Notes under the pieces: generated by a model
What the model saw: only the letters and a program-made list of their open reading frames with translations
The model's database searches: none
What the model was told of the DNA's origin: nothing
Origin: Malacoraja senta
Taxonomy: Eukaryota
DNA: 64,000 bases
Assembly (NCBI GenBank): GCA_038087875.1
Contig: JAXLNO010003783.1
Location: forward strand, 1-64,000
Direction of reading: 5' to 3'
Shown: in pieces, positions 35,077-47,478 of the stretch
How positions within the stretch are numbered: position 1 is the stretch's first letter
Layout of the letters: each line of letters opens with the position of its first letter
Program-made: the position numbers and the translations under genes

Positions 35077-38000
35077 GTAAGCAATACTGCTTCAACCTGT
35101 GAACTTTGAGGAAACAACAAAACTGATTATATTTACTGTTGCACAGTGCCTGTGTTTGCCCTGGGTTCATTGTCTTGGATGTATTAATTGAATGATTGAA
35201 TTGAATGTATTAATAATTTTGGGTAACGGTCTTTCCTTAGTTGTAAAGGCTCCTGTGGGAAGTTATATATACTATGGTTACCTTGGCAATCCATTGAACA
35301 GAAGAACTGAATACATGTAAATAATGAACATAGAACATAGTACAATACAGCACAGGAGCAGGTCCTTCAGTCCTTCAGTCTGAAGAAGGGTCTCGACCCG
35401 AAACGTCACCCGTTCCTTTTCTCCAGAGATGCTGCCTGACCCGCTGTTAGCTCAGCATTTTGTCTACCTTCGGCCCACAATGTCTGTGCCGAACAAACTA
35501 AACTAATCTCCTCTACCTGTATGTGATCTGTATCCGGCCATTCCCTGCCTATCTATGTACCTATCTAAAAGCCTCTGAAATGTAACTGTTATATCTGCCA
35601 CCATCACCACAACCACCACTGGCAGCGCGTTACAGATGTCCACCACCCTCCACATAAAACAACTTGCTCCGCTCATCTCCTTTGAACATTGCTTCTCCAA
35701 CCTTAAAGTGATGTTCTCTGGTCTTCAACATTTCCACCCTGGGAAAAAGGTTCTGGCTGTCCACTCTGTCTGTGCCTCTCACCATGTTGTGCACTTTCAT
35801 CAGGTCTCCCTTCAACCTCCAGTATACAAGAGAAAACAATCCATGTTTGTCCAATCTGTCCTTGCACTAATGCCTCAGACAGAATTCAGGTGATGTGCAC
35901 TTTCAATAAAGAAGTGACTTCTGCATTAGTAGGTGTTCCACCTCTCCAAGATTTCCTCAGCTGGTGTTAGACACCCACATGATGGTAAAATTCAGCCTGC
36001 ATTAAATGACCAATCAATGTTGTGTTAATGTTGTTGCCATCTTGTTGTTTGTTGCATGCTTCCTGTCCTGCAGACCCTATCCATTACCCCATCACCACTT
36101 CCCCAGAAGACGATAATGAGATTTAAGAAGCTTGAGGATAGGCACGTAGATATGCAGGGAATTGAGGGATATGAATCATCTACAAGCATGAAGAGTTTAG
36201 TTGAACTTGACATCATGTTCGGCACAGACATTGTGGCCGAACTCCAGCCCATTACACCCTTAATGAACAAAAATCTATCAATCTCAATCTGGAAATTTTC
36301 AAGTGGGCAACATATTCAACAGATTACAGAATCGAGAACCAGAGGACATAGGTTTAAATTGAGGGGGGAAAGATTGAATGGGAATCTGATGAGCAATTTC
36401 TTCCCACACAATGGTACCTTTCTAACTATTCTGACATTCATCAAGGCTTGGAGATTACAAACCTACTCGTCCTGAAAGTTTCATCCCATTGTTATCAAAT
36501 GAAAGTAAATATAATGGTGTTAAAGAAGGAACTGCAGATGCTGGAAAATCGAAGGTACACAAAAATGCTGGAGAAACTCAGCGGGTGCAGCAGCATCTAT
36601 GGAGCGAAGGAAATAGGCAACGTTTCGGGCCGAAACCATATAATGGTGATGGCCATGTTGAAATAATAACATATAAAACAAAAATCCTCGGCTGTGGAGT
36701 GTTTTGGGAAGCCACATGGATTTTATCGTTACTGTATTCCACTCTTAGCCATCTTATGTTTCTCCTGGTAACACTGAAACAGACACTTCTAACTCTGCCC
36801 TCGGGGCCCCTTCTCACTTCACTTAAACACATGAACTTTGACACTGTCTGGTGTGCTGCATGTAATCTTTATCACAGAACAAATACTGCTTATGCATGTG
36901 GAAACAAGAAACTGCACATGCTGGTTAATACACATAAAATACTGGAGTAATTCAGCAGGTCAGGCAGTATGTCTGGAGAACATGGTTAGGTGATGTTTCA
37001 GTTGACACAAGTGTAGGAAGGAAGTGCAGATGTGTAAGAAGGAACTGCAGAAGCTGATTTAAACCGAAGATAGACAATAAAGCTGGAGTAACTCAGCGGC
37101 ACAGGCAGCATCCCTAGAGAGAAGGTATGGGTGACGTTTCGGGTCGAGACCCTTCTTCTGACTGCTGATGCAGATGCTGGTTTACACCGAAGATAGATAC
37201 AAAAGGCTGGAGTAACTCAGCAAGTCACGCAGCATCGCTGGAGAAAAGGAATAGGTGGAGTTTCAGGTCAAGACACTGCATCAGACAGAGTCGGGGGTGC
37301 ATATATTTCCTTGTACTTTGTCATATCTCTCGGTTCTCTGTCCCCTGACTCTCATTCTGAAGAAGGGTCTCGACACGAAACGTCACCTTTTCCTTTTCTC
37401 CGGAGATGCTGCCTGACCCACTGAGTTACTCCAGTATTTTGTGTCGAGTTTCAATTTAGGCCCTGTTTATCTCAGTCTCCACCACCCCCCCCCCCCCCAT
37501 CTCTATGAGCTGTGTTGCAGCTGCCTATGAGGACCTGGACTCAATCCTGATCTCTTACAACCTGGCTTTTTTTTCCCCCTGCAAACGTGTGTTTGCTATG
37601 GTTATTCCAGTTTCCCCGCACGTCCCCAAAATGCCGGGCTGAAAGGTAAATTGGCCAGTGTGAATTGGTCATGCATATGTATTAGAATTGGTGGAGGGGA
37701 TGAGGGAGGTGTTAATGGGAGATTGGCAAATATTAAAAGGGTTAGCGTACCACAGGTATAAATAGGTGTTTGATGGTCACCACGAACTTGGTGGGCTAAA
37801 GGGCCTTTTATGTGCTGTACCCAGTGGACATAAGTTTAAGATGAGGGGGGAATGATTTAATAGGAACCTGAGGCATAGCATTGTTACACAAAGGGTGGTG
37901 GGTGTACTGAATGAACTGCCGGAGAAGGTAGTTCAGGTGCGTACTATCACGACATTTAAGAATCATTTAATCAGGTACATGGATAGGATAGGCTTATAAG

Positions 38001-38514
38001 GATATGGGCCTCAGTCAGCTGTAGAGCCCACATCAATGGATATTTCTCAGGTGGAGATTAACAGATTCTTGATCAGTATGGGTTTCAAGGGTTATGGGGT
38101 GCAGGCAGGAGAATGTGGTTGATAGGGAGAGATAGCTCAGCCATGATTGAATGGCCGATGGGCTGAATGGCCTAATTATTCTCCTAGAACTTATGTACTG
38201 ATGAAATACAGGCAGTGTAGATGAGGCATGTTGGTTGGTGTGGCAAGTTGAGCCATAGGCCCTGATTCCCTGCTGTATGACTCTTTGACTTTACCTCTCT
38301 ATGATTCTATAAAGTCTCCTTGACATTGTCCAGTTTCTTAATATAATAAAATATTCTTCAAATTTTGGAATATTGTAACTAGTAGAACCTATCGACATGA
38401 TAGACAATAATAGATCTTCGAAGATGGGAAACAATCCAGTAGGATCATTCAATACCTCGACCATAATTGGTGGAGTAGGTATCAGAGCCCATCATGCCAA
38501 CTCTTGAAGAAGGC

Positions 38515-38815
38515 TCAGTGGTGCAGCGGTAGACTTACTCGATTACAGCACCATAGACCCAGGTTGGATCCTGATTACGGATGCTGTCTGTACGGAGTTT
38601 GTCCATTCTCCCCATTACCGTGTGGGTTTTTCCCGAGATGTTCGGATTCTTCCCACATTCCAAAGACGTATAGGTTTGTAGGTTAATTGGCTTGGTCTAG
38701 AATGTAAATTGTCCCTAGTGTGTGTAGGATAGTGTTATTGTGTGGGGGTTGCTGGTCAGTGTGGACTCGCACGAAGGGCCTGTTTCCGTGCTGTATCTCT
38801 AAGCTAAAAACTAAA
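38515..38815 (+). mobile_element. HE1-type SINE
   Basis: tRNA-like head and ctaaactaaa tail, in class I intron 1. Confidence 0.8.
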
Positions 38816-39010
38816 CTAAAGGCTCCTGACCCAAATTGTCACCTGATCATTGATGCTGCCTGCCCCACTGAGTTCATCCAGCACTTGCATCTGCAGGTCC
38901 TTGTGACTCCCTTATTCAAAGTTATTGTATTGTTATCAGTTTTAGCATTAATAACTTAGTTATTTTCAGTGAATGATACAATCATACTTATTTTTGTTTA
39001 TGCATTGCAG

Positions 39011-39271
39011 ATTTACACCATCTTGCATTTTACTACCTGTTGAACCATGGATTGAATGAGCTGCCTGAGTACAGTATGGTAGCAATGCTGGATGACGTCC
39101 AGATAGCATATTTTGACAGCACACTAGAGCGGGCTGTTCCCAGACAGCGATGGATGGCCCAGTCTTTCCCGCAGGATCACTGGGATTCAATGGCCATCAC
39201 AGTTGCAGGTTTTCATGGGATTGTCAGAGGAAATGCTGAGATAGTCTACCAACAGCAACATGGTATCTCGA
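39011..39271 (+). CDS. MHC class I alpha1 exon (DLHHLAFYYLL...LDDVQIAYFDS...VPRQRWM...HWDS...)
   Basis: 261 nt, acceptor tgcattgcag, donor A|gtaagt; DDxQ..FDS, PRxxW and WD motifs of class I alpha1. Confidence 0.95.
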
Positions 39272-41015
39272 GTAAGTGTCGTGAGCGGACCTGGGGTAGA
39301 CACCCAGTGATGACACAGATGGATTTTGTTTTACTTTTATTGTTGACACATGATTCTCTGATACACTTTTTTTGCGTTAGTCAATCACATCAAAGAAAAC
39401 TATTCATAAATACAATCAAACCAAACTCGTACAATAGGTAGAGCAAAGAGTGCAGAATGTAGTTCTCAGCATTGTAATGTACCAGTGCCAGAGACAAAGT
39501 CCAGTGTCTACAATGGGGTTGAGGTGAACCCTAGCATAAGGGAGGACTGTTCAGAAACCTGATAACATAGGGGAGGAAACAGTTACTGAGTCTGGTGGTG
39601 CACGCTTTAATGCTTACGTACCTTCTGCAGGAAGAAGGAGTGACCAGAACGGGACAAATCTTTGATTATGTTGTCTGCTTTCCTGAACCAGTTGAAATAC
39701 AGATGGATTCACTGGTGGGGAATCATGTTTGTGTGATCGATTGTGCTACATCTCCACCTCTCTGCAATTTCCAGCGGTCTTGGGCAGAACTCTTTCCAAA
39801 CTAAGTTGTGATGCAACCTGTCAGTATGCTTTCTATGGCACATTTGTAGAAGTTTGTAAGAGTCATTGGAGATGCCGCATTTCCTTAGTCTCCTGAGGCA
39901 GTAGGGGAACCAGAAACTCTCAACCTTTTTCACTTCAGCACCATTGATGCTGTTTCAGACATTTACTCCATAACATTTTGATAGAGACACGGCCCATCGT
40001 CTATATTTAATGTGTCCTAACTGCTGAACACACAGTCATAACAGTTGGCTGGTGATAGTCTCTTTATGGGTTAAGCATTTGATATTCAACACCAGTAATA
40101 AGTGGATGGATTGGATCATCTGTTTTGTTGGGCTGGAATGAGGGAGAAACCATTAGTTTATTTATAGCCTGATCATCTAGAGATGGGATCTTGATTTAAG
40201 CTGGTTGATGGTGACTATGAGGTATTCCCTCAGTAATAATATTGTGTTAATCCAGCATCCCCTCAATATTGGCAACAATCCTCAGAGGGTGTAGCAATCC
40301 CACACAGTGCAACAGCCTTGATGTACTTCCCATCTGCATTGCCTTAACCTTCAGACTGACCTGTTGGCTCTGTAGCATTGCCCATCTGACAATGCACTTC
40401 TTCCTCTGTTCTTTATGTACGACAGTGCAGAATCTGAGTTCCACCCTTCTGACACAGCAGAACTCCTTTAGTGTTACATCCGCAACAGTAAAGCTCCCCC
40501 CCATAACACTTGAGGTTAGTCCATGCCCTCAGTATATAGACCATGGGTCATTGAGTCACACATCATGGAAACCGGCCCTTCTGCTCACTGAATCCACATT
40601 GATCATCCATTGTGCTAAGATGGAGTCACAGCAAACTGCAGATGCTGCCAATCTGAATTTAAAACAAACAGGAGGAACTCAACGAGTCAGGCAGCATGCT
40701 GTGGAAAAATGGACAGAAAACATATGAGACCAGGACCATTTAGAGTGATGGGGTAGAGTGGAGAAAGCTGGAAAAGAAAAGTAGTCTGTGTAGGATAGTG
40801 TTAATATGCGGGGACCACTGGTCGGTGCGGACTCGGTGGGCCGAAGGGCCTGTTTCCGCGCTGTATCTCTGAGCTAAACCTGCTCCTGTGCTGTACAGCT
40901 CCATGTTGTGTTCTGTTATGCCTGTTTGTACCATGCTGAGAACTGATTTGTAAATTGCCTCTCCCTTCCATCCACTCTCCCCAACACAAATCCTCCACCC
41001 CTACCTCAGCCCCAG

Positions 41016-41291
41016 CTGTTTGCTTTGTGCAGGGTTTCTGCGGCTGTGAAGTGGACAGTGACAATTCCACTGATGGGTTTGTCAGACTGGGTTATGATGG
41101 GGAGGATGCCTGTGCTTTTGACAAGGACAGAATGCGCTGGATTGCACTACGTCCAGATTTCCAGATGCTAGCAGATCGGTGGAACGTCAACACCTTCATG
41201 AACAAGTATTTCAAAGATCTCCTGGAGAAGGACTGTGTGAAATGGCTGCTGATATATCTGGAGTGTGGACAAGAAGCACTACAGAGGAGAG
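41016..41291 (+). CDS. MHC class I alpha2 exon (VCFVQGFCGCEV...GYDGED...RW...DCVKWLLIYLECGQEALQRR)
   Basis: 276 nt, phase 1/1; GC, YDGxD, W147, C164, W167 and Y171 equivalents present. Confidence 0.95.
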
Positions 41292-41394
41292 GTACACGAC
41301 GTAGGCACTCTGACTGATGGGCCAGAGGATATCCTCTGGATAGATCAGGTGGGAAATATCATGCACTTCAGGCTGTCACTTGAGTAATTATTTA

Positions 41395-41680
41395 GTTTAG
41401 TTTAGAGATACAGCGCGGAAACCCACCGAGACCGCACCGAGCAGCCATGCCCGCACACTAACACTATCCTACACACACTAGGGACAATTTGCATTTATAC
41501 CAATCCAATTAACCTACAAATTTGTACGTCTTTCGAGTGTGAGGGGAAACCGAAGATCTCGGATAAAACCCACGCAGGTCACAGGGAGAACGTACAAACT
41601 CTGTAAAGACAAGCACCCGTAGTTAGTAACAAACCCAGGTCTCTGGCGCTGTAAGGCAGTAGCTCGACCGCTTCGCCACC
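41395..41680 (-). mobile_element. HE1-type SINE
   Basis: Same family, in class I intron 3. Confidence 0.85.
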
Positions 41681-42495
41681 CTGTTCTACAACGTGGGTAT
41701 CAGTAAATTGTCTGGCAACGTGCCTCTTAGATGGAACCAGTGGGTAGGAAGTGCAAGTGAAAGATAAATATTGTATCAGTGTCCTTTATCCACAGTCATA
41801 TAGATATTCAGGAAATGGAGGAATATGTATCTTGGTCTTATGTTTAGCACCGACCTTGTGGCCTGAAGGGTCTGTTGCTGAACTGATCAGAAACCCAATC
41901 AGATTCTCTATTTGCCTCTATTACTCCTTGGGATGGTGACATTCAATTTCCAACAGTTCTCTATTTGAAGAACTTCTTCCTCCCATTCCCTCTTGGAATA
42001 TTTAGTGTTATTATTCAGCAGAGATTCATGAACAGGTAGAAGCAATCATGTCTACAGTATCAATCCCAATGGTGAGTTATACTCCTCCATTGGGCCTGCA
42101 TTCCCCTTTCATCTGTGCTGTCAGTTAAAGTCTGGAGCTAAGATAAGGAGCATGTCAGTGATATTAAAGCTAAATGTTTTGTTGTTTTGCCAGAAATGCA
42201 AAATGAAAAGAGAAAAGGCTGTAAACTTTGTGCAAGATAGAACTGCAGATGATGGTTTACACTGAAGATAGAAGATGTTGGAGTAACTCAGTGGGTCAGA
42301 TAGCATCTCTGGGCATTCCTTCTCTCCAGAATGCTGCCTGACCTGCTGAGTTATTCCAGCATTTTGGGTCTAGGCTGAAAACTTAGTTCAGCCAGAGAAA
42401 AAACTCTGATTGGGAAAGTGGTGAGTTGCAGTGATCTTACAATTGAAGGCTTTTGTTCATGTCTTCACTGATTCTGACTCTTCTTACACTTGCAG

Positions 42496-42768
42496 AAACC
42501 CCTGAGGTGTTTATTGGGATTAAACGTGATGGGTCGCAATCACTGAGACTCTCCTGCCTTGTCACAGGCTTCTAGCCACGGGCCATCGATGTAACGTGGC
42601 TGAGAGGTGGTGAGGGGGTCCATGAGTCTGAATCCAGTGATCTGTTGCCCAATTGGGATGGGACTTACCAGCTGAAGAATACAATTCAACTGAATAGAGA
42701 AGATGTGGCAAAATTCTCCTGTTACATCGAACATGCAACTCTGCTGCAGGGAGTCAATGTTCCACAGG
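42496..42768 (+). CDS. MHC class I alpha3 (Ig C1) exon with in-frame stop
   Basis: 273 nt: TPEVF...LSCLVTGF*PRAIDVTW...LLPNWDGTYQL...FSCYIEHATL; donor G|gtaagt. Confidence 0.95.
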
Positions 42769-42859
42769 GTAAGTGGCAAGTCAATGAGGCTGATCACTTG
42801 AGACCATAAACCTCCTGGACTGAGATAACAGTCTCAACTCACACTCTTAACTAAGCTGT

Positions 42860-43500
42860 GGATTTAGACTTTAGGCTTTAGAGATATGCTGCAGATACAG
42901 GCCCCTCAGCTCACTGAGTCCTCGCTGAATAGTGATCAACCCATACATTTACACTAACCTACACAGTACGGACAATTTACAATTTTACCTAAGCCAAGTA
43001 ACCTACAAACCTGTATGTCTTTGTAGTGTGGGAGGAAACCCACGCAGTCACAGGGAGAACATACAATGTCCTTGCAGACAGCACCTGTAGTCAGGATCAA
43101 ACCCAGGTCTCTGGTGCAGTAAGGCAGCAGCTCTACCGCTACGCCACTGTGCCACCCATTATTAATTTGTGGTTATCTAATTGCTCATAATTATTGATTG
43201 TCAATGGAATGTGGTTTTAGTTTAAGAGATACAGCGCAGAAACCGGCCCTTCAGCCCACCGAGTCTGCGTCAACCAGCGATCCCTGCACACTTACATTAT
43301 CTTACTTATTAGGGGACAATTTACAATTATACCAAGCCAATTAACCTACAAACCTGTATGTCTTTGGACTGAGTGAGGAAACCGGAGATCCAGGCAAAAC
43401 CCACGCAAGTCCCGGGGAGAAGGTACAAAACTCTGTACAGACGGGACCCGTAGTCAGAATTGAACCGGGTCTCTGGCGCTGTAAGGCAGCAGTTCCACCG
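42860..43500 (-). mobile_element. Two adjacent HE1-type SINEs
   Basis: Copies at about 42860-43155 and 43215-43500. Confidence 0.8.
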
Positions 43501-43962
43501 AGTGGGCAAAGCAGAGCCAAATGGAATACAGTGTAGCAAGTGTCTGGTTTTACATTTTGGCAGTCGGAATAAAGACATAGACTATTTTCTAAATGGGGAG
43601 AGAATTGAGAAACCTGAGCTACAAAGTGGGAGTACTAGTGCAGGATTCCCAAATAGTTCATTTGCAGATTGAGTCAGTGGTAAGTAAGGCAAATGCAATG
43701 CCAGCATTCATTTCGGGGGGCGTAGAATATAAAAACAATGATATAATGCTGAGGATTTATCGGGCACTGGTGAAGACACATTTGGAATATTGTGAGCAGT
43801 TTTGGGCTCCATATTAGAAAGGATGTGCTGGCTTTGGAGAGGGTCGAGAGGATGTATGTCCTGGGGATGATTGATTTAACGTATGAGGAGTGTTTGAAGT
43901 CTCTGTGCCTGTGCTCATGGGATTTAGAAGGATGAGGTGGGAATCTCATTGAAACCTACCAG

Positions 43963-46900
43963 CAGGGCCGGATTTAGATGAAGAGAGGCCCTAAGCTGTT
44001 CCACTTGTGAGGCCCCCCCCCAATCCCCCACCCCCACGACCAGAGGAAGATGGTCCACCGATTGACACCGATTTGCAGCCGAGCGTGGCCAATGAGATAA
44101 GGGGCTGGAAAGCTGGGCTTTATTTATTTATTTATTGCCACTGCTAGTGTCGAGTTATTGGCTTAAAACACTATTATTCTGAAATGGAGGGCAAGGAAAA
44201 TTACTGAAGTGTTGTTTAGAGACTACAGTGCGTTGTGACAGCATATGTAAGAAAGGCCTATGACAGTGTCAAAAATATTATACACCTTGCAGGGCTCTCA
44301 CTTAATTTTTTTTCTCTGTTGTCAGCCGGGCAACCTTGGTAGCTTTTTAAGTTGCCAAATGACAGTTTAGGTGGTTATTTAAGATGGCTTGCATGACACG
44401 TGCGATAATGTGCTCGGACGACCAGTCAGAATTATGCTCAATGAAGCATTCACATATTATTTCTGCTTCAAATAAAGCCACAAATTAAACATATTCACCA
44501 ATCAGGACATGATATATACCACAATGACATGCAGCACAATTATAATACTGTATCTTAACTCTTTTTACACGTTGCAATGAATGCAATTTCTATTATTTCT
44601 TTCCACTTCCAAAAAAAAATGTGGTTGGCTTATTCAGCGTATGATCAACCTCGGTGAGACCAAGTGCAGGCTTGGCGATCGCTTCGCACAACACCTCCAC
44701 TCAGTTCGCAATAACCAACCTGATCTCCCGGTGGCTCAGCACTTCAACTCCCCCTCCCATTCCGAATCTGACCTTTCTGTCCTGGGCCTCCTCCATGGCC
44801 AGAGTGAGGCCCACCGCATATTGGAGGGGCAGCACCTCATATTTGCTTGGGTAGTTTACACCCCAGCGCTATGCACATAGGCTTCTCTAATTTCAGGTAG
44901 TCCTTGCTTTCTCCCTCCTTCCCCTCCCATTCCCAGCTCTCCCACAGCCTACTGTCTCCGTCTCTTCCTTTATTTTTCATGTCATTCCCCCCCCCCCCCG
45001 ACATCAATCTGAAGAAGGGTCTCGACCCGAAACATCGTCTATTCCTTCGCTCCACAGGTGCTGCCTCACCCGCTGATTTTCTACAGCTTTTTTGTCTACC
45101 AATGGGATCCCACAACTGGCCACATCTTCCCATCTCCTCCCCTGTTGGCTTTCCATAGAGACCGCTCCCTCCGTAACTCCCTGGTCAATTCGTCCCTTCC
45201 CACCCAAACCACCCCCTCTCCTGGCACTTTCCATTGCAACTGCAGGAAATGCTACACTTGGCGTTTTAATTAAGTTCAAGACAATGGGGCTGTACATTGG
45301 CCATAAGGTTGCTGCCTAAAAGTGCCAGAGACCTGGAATTGATCCTGAATATGGGTGTTGTCTGTTTGGAGTTTGCTCCTTTTCACTTTGATCGCATGGG
45401 TTTTCTTCGGGTGCTCTTGTTTCCTTCCACATTCCAAAGGTGTGCAGGAACCTATTTCAGAACCAACCCTAAACGTAATATTTCCCTTTTGTCCAGAGAT
45501 TCTGTCTGACCTGTTGAGTTACTCCAGCTTTGTGTGTCTATCTTCAGTTTAAACCAGCATCTGCAGTTCCTTCCTACACACACGATACTATATGATAGAA
45601 CTTTATTAATCCCAGGAGGGAAATTGTGTGTGTGTGCGTGTGGGTATATATACTATGCACACACACACACACACATATATATATACAATACAATTACAAT
45701 ACAATTTTATTTGTCTTTTGGACAAATTTGTCATTTGGACCCCGTTGAGGTCCAAACGAAATGTCGTTTCTGCAGCCATACATTACAAAACGAAGAAGAC
45801 CCGAGACACAACACAATTTACACATACATCCATCACAGCGCTGTGATGGAAGGCAAAAAAACGTATCTCTCCACTGCACTCCCCCCCCCCCACCCCCCCG
45901 ATGTCAGAGTCAAAGTGAAAGCCCCCGGCGGGCGATGGTGATTATCCCACGGCCATTAAAGCCACGCCGGTTAATGCAGGGTCGCGCACCGCGTCTTGGT
46001 GTTAGAGCCCCGGCGCGCGCTCGCAAAGTCCGGCGGCCATTCCAAGCCGCGCGGGGCGGTGATGTAAAGCCCCCCTCCAGGTGCTCTTCAACCCCGCAAC
46101 TCGGGCGGGAGAAGTCGCCGCTGCGGATGCCCCGAAAAGCGGTGTCCCACCAGGGGACCCACGGGCTTCCGGTGTTGCCGTCCGCCAGACCCGCGGTTGT
46201 AGCCTCCGAATCTCCGGGGGTCGGGTAGCAGCTGCGATTGTCTCCACCACAGCTATAAATATACACCGTTTTGTTTTCTCGTTTATAACATTGTTTACAG
46301 AGTACTATGTTTACATATTCTGTTGTGCTGCTGCAAGTAAGGATTTCATTGTTCTAACTGGGACGTGAGAGAATAAACTCTTGACTCTTGACTTACTTCG
46401 CTAATGTGTGGGAAAGAACTAGTGTACGGGTGATAAATAGTCGGCGTGGACTCGGAGGGCTGAAGGGCCTGTTTCCACGCTGTATCTTCAAATTAAGCTA
46501 AAGACACTAAAACCAGAGGGAGTCTAAAGAAGTGTTTCTACCCGAAACGTCACCCAATTTCTTCTATCCTGAGTTGCTGGCTGCTCCATGGAGTTCCCCC
46601 GCACAATTAAAGCATGGAATAGTCTTCACCCTACCATAGTTACCCAACCAGACGCAACTAAATTTAAGGTACCTCTTTTTTCCCCAAGAACCCTTTTTTG
46701 CTTAAGTCCAAGTCAAGAATCAAGAGAGTTTTATTGTCATGTGTCCCAGATAGGACAATGAAATTCTTGCTTGCTGCAGCACAACATAATATGTGAACAT
46801 AATACAGAACAGGAGATAAAAGTTCAGTGTGTTTATATACCATAGACCATATATATACACAATAAATAAACAGATAAAATGCAATAGGCTGTTATTGTTC

Positions 46901-47478
46901 AGCCCTCTACCACCTCCAGTTTAAATTCCTTTTAGAATATTTATGGAGGATCAGGAAACCAGAAGCGAGAGTTACTCCAGGGAGATACTCCTGATCCAGG
47001 GTCAGGGAGTGATTCTGTGTTAGTTTTCAGCGGTTGCGGCGAGGCAGCAATGGCGGACAAATCTCCCACAATTCAAAGCGAGGGAGAAAGTGCCCAGCGC
47101 CGACCAGTTGCCGTGGCAGTGCGCATGCGCAGGGCGGCCGATGACGTGCGGGCTGTGGTTGTGCGCATGTGCAGGGGAGGACGTGCTGGCCGTAGCAGTG
47201 TGCATGTGCAAGGCGGCCGGCCGTGCCGGCGGATGAGGAGCGAGCGGAGAACGGAGACCCGGACACGGAGAGTGACAGACGGAGATAGAGATAGAGAGGG
47301 GGGCCGCCCCGCCCAGAGTTGAACGGCTGGTGTCCTGCCTTGGCCGGAGGCCCCCTATATTTCAGGGCCCCAGGCTTCAGCCTATGAAGCCTAGTGGTAA
47401 ATCCGGCTCTGCGAGCCCCTCCTAGATCTCCAGGCCCTAAACTGAAGCTTGTCCATCTTATATGTAAATCCGGCCCTG
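43963..47478. mobile_element. Non-autonomous hAT element with nested cargo, inserted in a CR1
   Basis: 14-bp TIR CAGGGCCGGATTTA; perfect 8-bp TSD CCTACCAG at 43955-43962 and 47479-47486. CR1 sequence continues on both sides (about 43500-43962 and 47479-47850). Confidence 0.9.
44645..45260 (+). mobile_element. Penelope-like element fragments in partial tandem
   Basis: GETKCRLGDRFAQHLHSVRNNQPDLPVAQHFNSPSH (GIY-YIG region), the terminal repeat, then the linker AFHRDRSLRNSLV...CNCRKC. Confidence 0.88.

Noticed and set aside
47040-47330. GCGCATGCGC (NRF1-like) motifs
   Set aside because: They lie inside the subterminal region of the hAT element, and no gene start is nearby.
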